A DNA stretch of 64,000 nt from assembly GCA_963741205.1 (NCBI GenBank), contig CAVUHW010000034.1, forward strand, positions 64,001 through 128,000, in the 5' to 3' direction. Position 1 is the stretch's first letter. The number at the start of each line of letters is the position of its first letter. The notes under the pieces were generated by a model, which was not told where the DNA came from, searched no databases, and saw nothing but the letters and a program-made list of their open reading frames with translations. This DNA comes from Nitrospirota bacterium. GTDB lineage: Bacteria > Nitrospirota > UBA9217. Positions 1 to 13,090 of this stretch are shown here, piece after piece. The position numbers were made by a program, and so were the translations under genes.

Positions 1-126
1 ACCGCGGCAGGATCAGACGTCGCGAGCGAACCGGGCAAGGGCACGACGTTCACGGTGAAGATACCGATGTGTAAATATGCTATCATAGGACGCAGAAGAA
101 CACGAAACCAGCTTGTCGGCGTCTAA
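1..126 (+). CDS. 3' end of a sensor histidine kinase (HATPase_c), truncated by the window edge
   Basis: Frame 1 from 19 reads VASEPGKGTTFTVKIP, the G2 box end of histidine kinases, with stop at 124-126. Lies directly upstream of a response regulator. Confidence 0.7.
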   Translation, partial: TAAGSDVASEPGKGTTFTVKIPMCKYAIIGRRRTRNQLVGV

Positions 127-168
127 ATCGTGAGTTACAGCGCAACACGGTTGCCTTGGTCTCACAAT

Positions 169-1527
169 ATGAAGAAATCCTCCATCCTTCTCATAGACGA
201 TGACGACAGCCTGCGCAGGGTCATCGAGTTCAGCCTGATCGAAGCGGGACACACGAGTCCAGACTGCCGCGAGCGGCGAGGAAGGACTGCGGCTCTTCGA
301 GAGAGAGGCCTTCGACGCCGTAATCACGGACATCACCATGCCCGGGATGAGCGGCATGGAGGTCCTGTCGCGAGGTCCGTGAGCGGGACCCCACATGCCG
401 GTGATCATGATCACGGCCTACGGCACGATCGAGAACGCGGTCCAGGCCATGAGGCAGGGCGCCTTCGATTACATCACCAAGCCCTTTAACCGCGACGAGC
501 TCCGGATGACGCTCGACAAGGCGCTCCGGATGCGGCGGCTTGAGAAGGAGAACGTAGAACTTCGCGCCGAGGTCACCGACCGCTACCGGTTCGAGAAGCA
601 TCGTCGGAAGCAGCGCCAAGATCAGGGAAGTGCTCGACCTGGCAGGGCGGGTGGCCGCGAGCGATGCGACGCTGCTGATCACGGGCGAGAGCGGGACGGG
701 CAAGGAACTTCTCGCTAAAGGCGTCCATTTCAACAGCACGCCGGGCCGACGGCCCCTTCGTGGCAGTGAACTGCGCCGCCATCCCCGAGGCCCTGATCGA
801 GAGCGAGCTCTTCGGGCACGTGAAAGGCGCCTTTACCGGCGCCGTCAAGGACAAGGAAGGGAAGTTCGAGCTGGCCGACGGAGGCACGCTGTTGCTGGAT
901 GAGATCGGAGACCTTCGCATCGATCTGCAGGCAAAAATCCTGCGGGTCCTCCAGGAACGGGTTGTCGACCGGGTCGGCGCCACGAAACCCATTCCCGTGG
1001 ATGTGCGCGTGATCGCGTCGACGAACAGGGACATCGAACAGGCGATCAAGGAAGGAAAATTTCGCGAGGACCTGTACGACAGGATCAATGTCATCGCCTT
1101 GCGCATGCCGCCGCTTGCGGGAGCGCAGGGACGACATCCCCCTGCTCGCCAGCCATTTCCTGAAAAAGTTCAACAGGGATGCGGAAGTCGGCATTCAGCA
1201 GGAATCCCTTGCCGTGCTTTTGTCCTACGGATGGCCCGGCAACGTACGGGAGCTGGAAAGCGTCATCGAGAGGGCGTCAGTGCTGAGGCGCGGAGACGTC
1301 ATCACGCCGGACGACCTGCCGGACAAGCTCAAAAGGGAGAAAACCGGCATCGAAAACATCATCCTCAACCTTCCGGACGAGGGGATCGAACTCGAAGACG
1401 CTGGAGAAGAATCTCATCATCAAGGCGCTCGAAAAACAACGGCAACAACCAGACCCGCGCTGCGGAATATCTCGGCATCACGAGGCCGACGCTGATCTAC
1501 CGGATGGAGAAATACGGTCTCAAATAG
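169..1527 (+). CDS. sigma54-dependent response regulator (NtrC/AtoC/ZraR type), split by several frameshifts
   Basis: Pieces in different frames: receiver [17 protein letters not shown], Walker [32 protein letters not shown], Fis [19 protein letters not shown]. Confidence 0.9.
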
Positions 1528-1538
1528 AACGAAGAAAG

Positions 1539-1611
1539 ATGCAGGATGCAGGATGAAAAAAAACTTTTCTCCGAGCGCCTTATTCGTGTATCATGTAATC
1601 ATGCATCATGA
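1539..1611. repeat. heptamer-period inverted repeat in spacer
   Basis: GATGCAG tandem arm facing TCGTGTA/TCATGTA/TCATGCA arm. Confidence 0.5.
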
Positions 1612-1639
1612 TAATATTTGATCTTACCAGGAGGAAGGC

Positions 1640-1846
1640 ATGGCAAAGACAACACTCAAGATCCAGGGAATGACCTGCAATCACTGCGTGATGCGGGTTG
1701 CGAAGGCGCTCAAGGCGGTGCCCGGCGTCCAGGATGCTCAGGTAGACCTGCAGAAGGGCGAGGCGTCGGTGACCTTTGACGAAGCCAAGGCAACGCAGGA
1801 AAACATGTCCAAGGCCGTTGTCGAGGCCGGCTATAAAGTTGTGTAA
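1640..1846 (+). CDS. copZ: CopZ-like heavy-metal chaperone (HMA domain)
   Basis: GMTCNHC motif, 68 aa, RBS GGAGGAAGG. Confidence 0.9.
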   Translation: MAKTTLKIQGMTCNHCVMRVAKALKAVPGVQDAQVDLQKGEASVTFDEAKATQENMSKAVVEAGYKVV

Positions 1847-1937
1847 ACTTCGTTAGAGAACAAGTTTTCCAAATGCATAATAACGACCGCCGACAAGGTC
1901 AGCGGCTTTCTCTAACGGGGTAAATCAGAGGACGGCC

Positions 1938-2708
1938 TTGGTGGACCAGCCGACGAATTGGAAATCCATAATCACAAGACGATTCAGGCGTCAGCTCCCC
2001 CTGGATCTCGAACACTGCTCGCCGATCGCGCTTCGGGCCATCATCCTTGACGTACGGACCCCGGCCCTTATCCTCGACCGCATCGCGCAGGCCTATTGCG
2101 ATGATGAGGAAATTCTGCGCGATCTTGTCCGCTGTCCGAATCTTGACGAGACGACGCTTGCCTTCATCGCCCTGACCGCGTCGGAGGAGATGAAGGGCTT
2201 CATTGCCGTTACGCGCGGTATAGAGGTGGTAGTCGGGGACGCTGCAGCGGCAGCCGCCGGGAAGTCCGATCCGGAAGGAAAGAAGAAAAAGCTTAACGTG
2301 CAGCAGGTCATCCAGAGAATGAGCCCTGCCCAGAAGATCAAGCTTGCATTGACAGGAGCAAAGGACGCGCGGGGCCTGCTCATCCGCGAGTCGAGCAAAA
2401 TAATCGCTCTGTCGGTCCTCGCGAATCCACGGATCACCATCGGCGAGGTGGAGTTCTTCGCCAAGTCGACGAACCTGAGCGAGGATGTTATCCGCAAGAT
2501 CGGGTCCAACGCCGAATGGACAAGGAAAAATACCGTCATCAGCGCACTGGTGGCCAACCCCAAGACGCCGGTCGGCATATCGCTTCCTTTTGTCAACAGA
2601 CTGCCCGACCGGGAACTCGGCATCCTGGAAAGGAGCCGCAGTATTCCCGAAGCCGTGCGAACCGCGGCGAGGAACCTGCTCATCAAGAGAAAATTGGGCA
2701 AAGAATAG
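1938..2708 (+). CDS. conserved hypothetical helical-repeat protein
   Basis: 256 aa with repeated L-x-NP helical units (KIKLAL..ARGLLIR, LANPRIT, LVANPKTP). Recognised from memory as a deltaproteobacterial-type family. Confidence 0.7.
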   Translation: MVDQPTNWKSIITRRFRRQLPLDLEHCSPIALRAIILDVRTPALILDRIAQAYCDDEEILRDLVRCPNLDETTLAFIALTASEEMKGFIAVTRGIEVVVGDAAAAAAGKSDPEGKKKKLNVQQVIQRMSPAQKIKLALTGAKDARGLLIRESSKIIALSVLANPRITIGEVEFFAKSTNLSEDVIRKIGSNAEWTRKNTVISALVANPKTPVGISLPFVNRLPDRELGILERSRSIPEAVRTAARNLLIKRKLGKE

Positions 2709-2781
2709 CCTGCCTCGCACCCATTCCCGCGAAATTCCGCAGTCCTTATTTTCTATTTCCCGTCAAGGAGAGAAAAGTTCT

Positions 2782-3775
2782 ATGAAGCGTTTTTTATTGC
2801 TGGCAATGGCGGCGCTTGCGCTCGTCTCCGGGTGCTCGGGACCCAGGACCGTCCAGAAGACCGAAGCGATCATGGGCACGGACGTGACCGTGACCGTCGT
2901 GGCCAAATCCGAACAAGAGGGGGCGGCGGCTATCGATGCGGCAATGGCCGAGATAAGACGGTTGGACGCCATGATGTCACTGTACAAGGACACGAGCGAG
3001 ATCACGCAGGTGAACCTCGCAGCGGGCAAACATCCCGTCAAGGTCTCGCCCGAGATGATCGAGGTCGTGGAGGCGGCATCGGAGGTTTCCAGGCTGTCGG
3101 GCGGAGTATTTGACGTAACGATCGGTCCACTGGTCGTCCTGTGGCAGATGCGCCTGAAAGAGGGGAAGCGTCCCTTCGGCCCAGGAGCTGAAGAAGATCC
3201 GCCCCCTGGTGAATTACCGTAATGTCGTAGTCGACCGGAACGCCTCGACAATATTTCTTAAGAAGTCCGGCATGATCATGGACTTCGGGGGGATGAAGGG
3301 TTACATTGCAGACAGGGCGGCCGATATAATCAAAAAACGCGGCATCAACAACGCCATTATTGCCCTTGCGGGCGATATCTGGGTCCTGGGTCGCCGCGAC
3401 GACGGCAGCCCCTGGAGAATCGGCGTTCAGCATCCGCGGGAGCGTGATAAAACATTGGCCACCCTCAACCTGACAGACAAATATATTTCCACCTCGGGAG
3501 ACTATGAACGGTTCGTTATCAGGGAACATAAGCGTTATCATCATATCATCGACCCCCGAACGGGGACGCCTTCAACGGGGGTGATTTCCGCGACCCTTAT
3601 CGGAAACAAGGGGGCGCTCATCGATCCCCTTACCAAGGTCCCGTTCATCCTCGGACCCGTCGAGGGCATGAAGATCGTGAAGAAGCTGGGAGCCGAGGCG
3701 ATTATCGTAGATGAAGAGGGACGGGTGTACATGACCGATGGCATTAAAAACCTGGAAGACCGGGCGGGCCGGTGA
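2782..3775 (+). CDS. apbE: FAD:protein FMN transferase ApbE (lipoprotein), frameshift near 3170-3200
   Basis: Lipobox VSGC, IMGT, FDVTIGPLV, DFGGMKGY, STSGDYER, HHIIDPRTG. Confidence 0.9.
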
Positions 3776-3854
3776 CGCATTGCACAGCATTTGCCGGAGC
3801 ACAAGCTCTCTGTTTACCGAGTGATGCGCCGGGAAACGATACGACGAAAGCAGA

Positions 3855-4316
3855 ATGACTTCCCTGAAAACGCTCTCTCCCGTGAAAGTGATGTTTCTCT
3901 GTACCGGCAACTCCTGCAGGAGCCAGATGGCCGAAGGCCTTGCCCGGGAGATCGGCCGGGGCATGCTCGATCCCTACAGCGCAGGACTTATGGCGGCAGG
4001 AGTGCATCCCCGAGCGATTTCCGTTATGGAGGAAATCGGCATTGACATTTCAAAACAGAAATCAAAGCAGATCGATGAAGATCTTCTGCGCACTATGGAC
4101 ATCGTCGTCACACTCTGCGCCGGAGCCTATGACGCGTGCCCCCGGACCCCTCCGGACGTCCCGCGTCTGCACTGGCCAGTTAAAGATCCGGTGGGCGCCA
4201 TCGGGAGCAGGGAAGAGGTCATGAAGGAATTCAGACGGGCGCGTGACGAAATCAGGGGTAAAATCGAGGAACTCGTAAGGACGATGAAACGCCGGGAAGG
4301 GACGGCAGCGCCTTGA
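3855..4316 (+). CDS. arsC: arsenate reductase, LMW-PTPase family
   Basis: CTGNSCRSQMAE P-loop, VVTLC, HWPVKDP, FRRARDEI. Confidence 0.9.
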   Translation: MTSLKTLSPVKVMFLCTGNSCRSQMAEGLAREIGRGMLDPYSAGLMAAGVHPRAISVMEEIGIDISKQKSKQIDEDLLRTMDIVVTLCAGAYDACPRTPPDVPRLHWPVKDPVGAIGSREEVMKEFRRARDEIRGKIEELVRTMKRREGTAAP

Positions 4317-4456
4317 TCCAATATTAAAACAGCGTTATGATATAATTACGATATAAAAAACAGTTGCGCAAACGATGCGAGACTGGTAATATAAAAAACT
4401 TATTTTACTCGTAAACCTGAAAACGAGGTTTATACAGAAGACCGCAAGGAGGAAGC

Positions 4457-4759
4457 ATGGTAAGTTTGACGGACAGCGCAGTGGGCAAATTCAAGGAAGT
4501 AGTCACCCAGCAAGGTAAGCTCGGGGACGGAGTCAGGATATTCGTCGTTCCGGGAGGCTGAAGCCCCTCATTGGCTATGGACATAGCCAAAGCCGCCCAG
4601 AAGGGCGATACGACCGTCGAAGTGAGCGGTCTTAAGATTTTTCTCGAGGAGAAGGCAAAGTCCATGCTCGAGAATACGAGCATCGATTTCCAGGAAAATC
4701 AGGGTTTCGTGCTCACGGGCATGCAGCCGAGCGCCTGCGGGTCCTCCTGCAGCTGCTAA
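4457..4759 (+). CDS. HesB/IscA-like Fe-S assembly selenoprotein (UGA = Sec at codon 35)
   Basis: RBS AGGAGG, ATG at 4457, MVSLTDSAVGKFKEVV..GVRIFVVPGG-TGA(4559-4561)-SPSLAMD continuing in frame to CGSSCSC. TGA sits at the conserved GGC(S/G) Cys of IscA. Confidence 0.88.
4571..4590 (+). promoter_or_regulatory. putative bacterial SECIS hairpin
   Basis: TTGGCTAT-GGAC-ATAGCCAA: perfect 8-bp stem with G-containing loop starting 10 nt after the UGA. Confidence 0.75.
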
Positions 4760-4788
4760 TAACGTTATCAAACAGACATTCTCGATGG

Positions 4789-4825
4789 CCGCTGTTTCCG
4801 ACCGGAAACAGCGGTTTTCTTTTTT
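4789..4825 (+). terminator. intrinsic terminator
   Basis: CCGCTGTTTCCG-AC-CGGAAACAGCGG followed by a T-rich tract. Confidence 0.8.
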
Positions 4826-5028
4826 CCTACTATAAGTGTTGTCGGTCTGACACGGCGCCTGCATAATTCAAGGCAAGCAGATCGGACAACGCCCACCATT
4901 ACCTTTGCTTCCGGCAATGCCCGCTTTCTTTGCTAGAATAGAGGCATGGTCCGCTCCCTTCCACCTTCTCGGAGGTCAACTTCTCTACCACCATCAACCT
5001 CAAGGGAGGCATGTCGAGGTTGTGTCGA

Positions 5029-6531
5029 ATGAGAATTTCTTTGCCCGCACTTTGTTTCACCCTGTTACTCATAATGTTTCCATCGGCCCTTGCCGCCGAA
5101 CCGGCTGACCAGGAGGTCAAGTGCCCGCCGGGAACCGGACAGTCAGAAGACAACGGCGGCATATGCAGAGATCCCGATCAAGCTCTCCCGCCTCTCACGC
5201 AGCCCGGAACGGTTGTCCTGCAGCCTCATCTCGAACCGCGGCAGAGTATCTCGCCTGGCAACGAGGATAAAACGCAAAGCCCGCCCCTAAGGAAGAATCC
5301 CAAAAACAAACAAATCATCGTCTACTTCTTCTGGGGCCGGGGATGTCCCCATTGCGAGAAGGAGAAGGTATTTCTCATTGAATTGGGGCGCAGGAATCCC
5401 TCCCTGACCGTAAGGGACTTCGAGGTCTGGTACAACAAGAAGAACGCCGCGCTGTTGTCCTCACTGCTCCAGGCCAGAGAGATGCGTCCTTCCGGCGTGC
5501 CGGTCACCTTTATCGATAAAGAGGTCTTTACGGGCTTTGCCGGGCAAACAGAGGACCGGATTGCCGCGGCCGTTCAAACGTGCCTGTCCCAAACTTGCGA
5601 AGATCCCGCCGGGATGATAGCGCAAACGGAGGCGACGGATAAGGCTCCCCAATCGCCCCAATCGGAATCGGGAATGACGGCGACGACACCGGCCAGGGAA
5701 AGGGGCGAGTCCGTAGATATCCCGCTCCTCGGCACACTCGACGCGAGGACCACTTCGCTTCCTGTTTTGACTCTCTTCATCGCGGGTCTGGACAGCTTTA
5801 ATCCCTGCGCCTTCTTCGTACTCCTCACCCTTCTGGGGCTCCTAGTCCATGCCCGGTCTCGCAATAAAATGCTGCTCGTCGGGGGCGTCTTTGTTTTCTT
5901 TTCCGGGTTCATCTATTTTCTTTTCATGGCCGCCTGGCTGAACGTGTTTCTCGTCATGGGGCATGTTACGGCCATTACGACGATAGCGGGCGGTGTCTCG
6001 ATCCTGATCGCCGCGGTCAATATCAAGGACTTTTTTCTCTTCAAGCAAGGGGTTTCCCTGACGATCCCGGACAGCGCGAAACCGAAGCTCTTCGACCGGA
6101 TGAGAAAGCTCCTCAGGTCCACGTCGCTGTTCTCGATCCTGGCCGGAACGACGGTGTTGGCTGTTGTAGCAAATTCCTATGAACTGCTGTGCACCGCCGG
6201 TTTCCCGATGGTGTTCACGCGGATCCTGACGCTGAACGCGCTTTCGACGACGTCCTATTACCTCTACCTCGCTCTTTACAACATCATTTACATCATCCCG
6301 CTTCTTCTTATTGTCCTGGTGTTCACCATCACGCTGGGCGCCAGAAAATTATCCGAACGACAGGGGAGATTGATGAAGCTCATATCAGGCGCCATGATGC
6401 TCGGCCTGGGCGGCGTATTGATCATCGACCCGGCCCTCCTGAACAGTCTGATGGTCTCATTCGTCCTTCTGGCAGGGGCGCTCGGCGTCTCGTTTCTTCT
6501 TTCGGCGGTGATGAAGAGGTGGGGGTACTGA
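5029..6531 (+). CDS. thioredoxin/glutaredoxin-fold periplasmic domain fused to a CcdA/DsbD-like membrane domain
   Basis: Signal peptide, FFWGRGCPHC, GVP cis-Pro loop, DSFNPCAFF and ELLCTAG membrane cysteines, multiple TM helices. Confidence 0.8.
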   Translation: MRISLPALCFTLLLIMFPSALAAEPADQEVKCPPGTGQSEDNGGICRDPDQALPPLTQPGTVVLQPHLEPRQSISPGNEDKTQSPPLRKNPKNKQIIVYFFWGRGCPHCEKEKVFLIELGRRNPSLTVRDFEVWYNKKNAALLSSLLQAREMRPSGVPVTFIDKEVFTGFAGQTEDRIAAAVQTCLSQTCEDPAGMIAQTEATDKAPQSPQSESGMTATTPARERGESVDIPLLGTLDARTTSLPVLTLFIAGLDSFNPCAFFVLLTLLGLLVHARSRNKMLLVGGVFVFFSGFIYFLFMAAWLNVFLVMGHVTAITTIAGGVSILIAAVNIKDFFLFKQGVSLTIPDSAKPKLFDRMRKLLRSTSLFSILAGTTVLAVVANSYELLCTAGFPMVFTRILTLNALSTTSYYLYLALYNIIYIIPLLLIVLVFTITLGARKLSERQGRLMKLISGAMMLGLGGVLIIDPALLNSLMVSFVLLAGALGVSFLLSAVMKRWGY

Positions 6532-6600
6532 TGAATCAGAGGACTAGTACACCGTAAATTTAATTATTGATGGTTCCAGCACCGACATTCGCCTAAAAGA

Positions 6601-6690
6601 TTTTTCTGCGTCTTCTGCGTGTTCTGCGGTTTTAACGCATGAGGACCCTGACGAGACCGCAGAATACGCAGAATATGCAGAAGGGGAAAT
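6601..6690. repeat. 9-nt-period inverted repeat
   Basis: TTCTGCG x3 facing CGCAGAA/TGCAGAA x3. Confidence 0.7.
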
Positions 6691-8029
6691 CCGATTGAGC
6701 TGACGGAGCGCAAAACAATTACGAATTAGTTTTATCAAGCCGCGCCGTAAAACCTCGTCCTTCAGGGCGGGGATATAAGGCGCTGGTTGCTATGCAACCA
6801 GAGAATCATGTCCTTCAATAAGTAGTGGACAAATGTTCACCTGCTTGATATATTAATCAATATGGATGATTTAACAGCAGAGTTTGAATTTCAAACGATG
6901 ACTGCCGTCGGAAAAGTATCAGTGACCGACGATAGCACCGCTCTTCTGCTTGGGCTGTTAAGTTTTTCCGCAACAAAGCTTTGGAACGTTGCCGTGTGGT
7001 ATACCAAGGAAGTCTGGGCATACACCGGCAAAATCCCCTCCTTTGGGGAGGTGGACGTCGCTATCAAGCAGGAACGCCCTCGCTGGTACCGAAGCCTGCA
7101 CTCACAAAGCGCACAGGCTGTATTGGAAGAACTTTGGCAGTCATACAAGTCATGGTTCGCTCTCCGGAAAAAAGGCGACCTGAACGCCAAACCGCCAGGG
7201 TTCAGACGAAAAACGGATCTATCGGCGGTCACCTTCAAGCAAAACGCCGTTAAATGGAACCCGCGGACTAAAACAGTGCGTTTCAGCATCCCGAAGGACG
7301 TTTACGACAAGCAGTTCCTGTATCTCAAAATCCGGCTGCCTGAAGGCATCCGGCTCACCGAAGATAACATCCAGATTGCCCGGCTAATCCATCACAATGG
7401 TAGTTGGACGGTCCATTTCGTATACAATATCATGCTCCCCGCACTGAAAGGATCCGGGGAGACAATGGCCATTGACCTTGGCATGAAGCATCTTGCAGCC
7501 ACCGCCTGCACAGATAAGATCACGGCACTTTGGTCAGGCGGCGAGTTGGCCGCTCTGGAACGGCACTTCGACAAGCAAAAGGCAAAGACCACGCAAAGCA
7601 GATCCAGGAAGTCGTGCGCTCTTAACCAAAAACGGTCACGTCAGCGTACCCACCTGCTCCACAGTTTCACCAAATCTCTTGTTCGCGATGCAGACGCTCG
7701 CGGTGTCTCCACGATCATCGTGGGGGACCTTAAGGACATCAGAGATGGTAAAGACTGGGGAGACAGCGGGAACCAGAAATTTCACAAATGGCCGTTCGAT
7801 AAAGTCATCAAGATGCTCACGTATAAGGCTAGACTCGCTGGCATCCGCGTTGTGAAGATAGAGGAAAGCTACACGAGCCAGACATGCTGTAAGTGCGGCA
7901 CAATTTGCAAATCTAGTCGTGTCCATCGAGGCCTCTATGTTTGTAGCCAATGCGGATCCGTAATCAATGCCGACGTGAACGGCGCAATCAACATTTTTAA
8001 AAGGTATCTCCCGGGGCAAATAAATGACT

Positions 8030-10429
<2,400 letters not shown>

Positions 10430-10557
10430 AATATTTACTCCTTTCGTCTAAATGGTTTGCATTGATTTTATTGATCCAACCGGCTCGTGAACGTATCGTG
10501 GTGCCGCTCCTCATCAGTGAGAATGTTCTCAAATAGAAGCCGCGCCGTCGCGGTGAA

Positions 10558-11007
10558 TCAGCCTGCACGTTTTCGGCGGCAATCTTTACAATATCCATAA
10601 TATTCGTATCTCATTGCCACGGGCTGAAAATCCGCCTTCTGCTGCACCTGGGTATAGGAATAAGGCAGCTCGCCGGGGAAGTCCTCGATCTTGCCGCACT
10701 TTTTGCAGATCAGGTTAATATGGTTCGCCACATTGACATCATATCGGTTGTCCCGGTCGTAGAATTCAAGCTCCTGAATCAACCCCTCCTTTTTCAGCAT
10801 ATCAAGAGTGTAATAGACCGTTGACATGCTGACCTGCGGCAGGCTTTTCCTGATTTTTTTCAATATGTCAGCGGCTCCGGGATGCGTCATGTCCTTTGAC
10901 AGCAGGTTGATGATCGCGCGTCTCTGAGAGGTCAGCTTATACCCCCGATCTCTGAGCCTTTTTTGCAATACTGTTTCAATTTCCTGAGGTTTTAAGGACC
11001 GTTTCAT
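10558..11007 (-). CDS. Fur-family regulator, probably PerR
   Basis: LTSQRRAI, HP, STVYYTL, HINLICKKC..YGYCKDC. Directly upstream of katG. Confidence 0.85.
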   Translation of the reverse strand: MKRSLKPQEIETVLQKRLRDRGYKLTSQRRAIINLLSKDMTHPGAADILKKIRKSLPQVSMSTVYYTLDMLKKEGLIQELEFYDRDNRYDVNVANHINLICKKCGKIEDFPGELPYSYTQVQQKADFQPVAMRYEYYGYCKDCRRKRAG

Positions 11008-11017
11008 AATATAGCAT

Positions 11018-11072
11018 AATAGGAATGGTTCCGAATTAGGTTAATTATGGTCACTATTGTTCTCTTTGTCAA
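11018..11072 (-). promoter_or_regulatory. sigma70 promoter of the perR-katG unit with a probable operator
   Basis: Minus strand TTGACA (11072-11067), 17 bp, CATAAT (11049-11044). Imperfect palindrome TAGGAA-TGG-TTCCGA (11020-11034) just downstream. Confidence 0.65.
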
Positions 11073-11516
11073 GGCATCTCACGTAGATAATATGGAAATT
11101 GATAAAAATAATCGATTACGATGAACGTCTACCTTCCTTCAGATGTTTCCGAGAATGTTAAGCGCTTGTTGAAATTCAGAATTGCTGGGGTCGCATATCT
11201 CCGATAATGTTGGCGAAATCCTCATCGTGAATGAAAAGTTTAAATCCAATTGTTTTTAATGTTCTCTTCTGTAGCTAAGTCAGCCTCGTAGGCTATTCCT
11301 CTGATAATAGTACTTATAATTGAGTTCCCATCCAGCATCTTCCTATCGCCTTAGGTGACATCCCGTTGTTTCCACAGCGCAGCATCTGCTGTGCCCGTTT
11401 GTTGGCCTGAGCGCACCCAAGAATAGCATCGTACACATAATTCGAATGCTCACGCCTGGCCCTGGCTTCACCGCCTCCGCATGATTCGACGGGATCAGAA
11501 CGAGTATTTTATGCGT

Positions 11517-12893
11517 TCATTTCTTCTGCAGCCCCAGCTTCTTCCTGAGCGTCAGTCGGTTGATGCCGAGCAGCCGCGCGGCCTCGGACTGGTTCTCCCG
11601 GGTATGGGACAGGAGATACTCGAATACATGCCGGTCCACTTCCGCATGGACTTTTTCGTAGATGTTCTTTTCCTTCTTGTCGAGCGCTTTTTTCACATAG
11701 GGGATTACGGCTGCTGCCAGGGCGTCCGCTGCTTCGGTTACGGGTCTTGCCGCCGGATCGGCCCCCAGGTCCTTCAGTTCCTGAGTGGTCAGATAGTCAG
11801 TCTTGCACATGGCGATGGCAGACCGGATCGTGTTTTCCAACTCGCGAATGTTGCCCGGCCAGTCGTAGGCGAGGAGCCGGTCGAGGAATGCCTTGGTCAC
11901 GCCCTTGATCGGTTTCTGCGCCGTATGAGCATGCCGGTAGAAAAGGCACTGGACAAGCGGAGCGATGTCCTTCTTCCTTTCCCGGAGCGGAGGAACGTGG
12001 ACCTGGGCCACGCGCAAGCGGTGGTACAGGTCTTCCCGGAATTTTCCTTCCCGCACCATCGCGGCAAGGTCGCGGTTTGTCGCCGAGATCACGCGCACAT
12101 TCACCTGGACCTCTTTTGTGCTGCCCACGGGATAGAATGTCTGTGTCTGGAGGAAGCGAAGGAGCTTGCCCTGGAGCTGGAGCGGCAATTCGGCGATTTC
12201 GTCAAAGAACACGCATCCTCCGTCCGCTGTCCTGGCCATTCCCTCTTTCGAAGCGACGGCCCCCGTGAAGGCGCCCCGTTCGTACCCGAAGAGCTCCGAT
12301 TCAAGCAGGGTATCGGGCACGGCGGCGGAATTGATGACCACAAAGGGCTTGCCGAAGCGGGACGAGAGTTGCGCGATGGCCTCGGCAACGAGCTCTTTGC
12401 CCGTTCCCGTCTCGCCGGTGATCAACACCGGGACTTCGACCTGGGCGATGCGGGCGACCTTTTCGCACAGACTCATGACGAGGGACGAGCGGCCGATGAT
12501 CACGCAGGTCGCCGCAGGAGCGATGAATGTCCTTCGAGATCGGACCACGCCGGTCATTTCCCGCATGAGCGCGTGCAGTTCCTCGAGGATGCGCGAAATC
12601 CTTTCCTTCCTGAGAGGACGGCGCATGATCTCGTAGGCCCCCCAGGTCGCCGCTTCCATGACCGGGCCTGTCCGCTCCTGGTCCGTCACCGCAAGGACGA
12701 AGGCCTTTTCTCCGTACTCTTTGATCCGGTGCACTTCGACGGAATCGATGTCGAATACGATGCAGACAAGACCGGCCAATGCCGGTGTCTTTTGCGGCCC
12801 CGCGGTGACGAGCTTGTATCCCTTCGGCAAGACGACGGACAGTTCTTTTTCCAGTCTTCCCTCGTCCCGGGTTATGAGCAGGATTCTCTCCAT
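11517..12893 (-). CDS. sigma54-dependent activator with a degenerate receiver-like domain
   Basis: GETGTGKE, ESELFGYERGAFTGA, WPGNIREL, HTH NQSEAARLLGINRLTL. Confidence 0.92.
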   Translation of the reverse strand: MERILLITRDEGRLEKELSVVLPKGYKLVTAGPQKTPALAGLVCIVFDIDSVEVHRIKEYGEKAFVLAVTDQERTGPVMEAATWGAYEIMRRPLRKERISRILEELHALMREMTGVVRSRRTFIAPAATCVIIGRSSLVMSLCEKVARIAQVEVPVLITGETGTGKELVAEAIAQLSSRFGKPFVVINSAAVPDTLLESELFGYERGAFTGAVASKEGMARTADGGCVFFDEIAELPLQLQGKLLRFLQTQTFYPVGSTKEVQVNVRVISATNRDLAAMVREGKFREDLYHRLRVAQVHVPPLRERKKDIAPLVQCLFYRHAHTAQKPIKGVTKAFLDRLLAYDWPGNIRELENTIRSAIAMCKTDYLTTQELKDLGADPAARPVTEAADALAAAVIPYVKKALDKKEKNIYEKVHAEVDRHVFEYLLSHTRENQSEAARLLGINRLTLRKKLGLQKK

Positions 12894-12992
12894 AGTCCAT
12901 CCTTGTGTACAAAAAATATACAATATATATAAAATATAATCAATGACAATCTGCCGGCGTCGTTAATTCCCTTATTTTCCGCTTTTCTCGAC

Positions 12993-13008
12993 TGGCATGC
13001 ATGTTGCT
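12993..13008 (+). promoter_or_regulatory. sigma54 -24/-12 promoter
   Basis: TGGCATGCATGTTGCT matches TGGCAC-N5-TTGCW with correct GG/GC spacing. About 80 bp upstream of the ATG at 13091, divergent from the activator. Confidence 0.85.
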
Positions 13009-13090
13009 TATAGTATAAGAAATTTATCGCATTAATGGTACTCTGCTGCCGAAGCGCGGTCGCCGGCAGAGACCAAGGAGAGGTGACGGC

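Noticed and set aside
6601-6690. Spacer repeats as a CRISPR array
   Set aside because: Units are 7-9 nt with no unique spacers, and there are no cas genes in the window.
11110-11410. AT-rich spacer with broken minus-strand reading frames and a GTTGGCC attC-like end
   Set aside because: No recognisable protein and only one weak half-site.
11502-11510. 9-nt match (GAGTATTTT) to the mini-IS guide
   Set aside because: Too short, AT-rich, and not preceded by TTAT.
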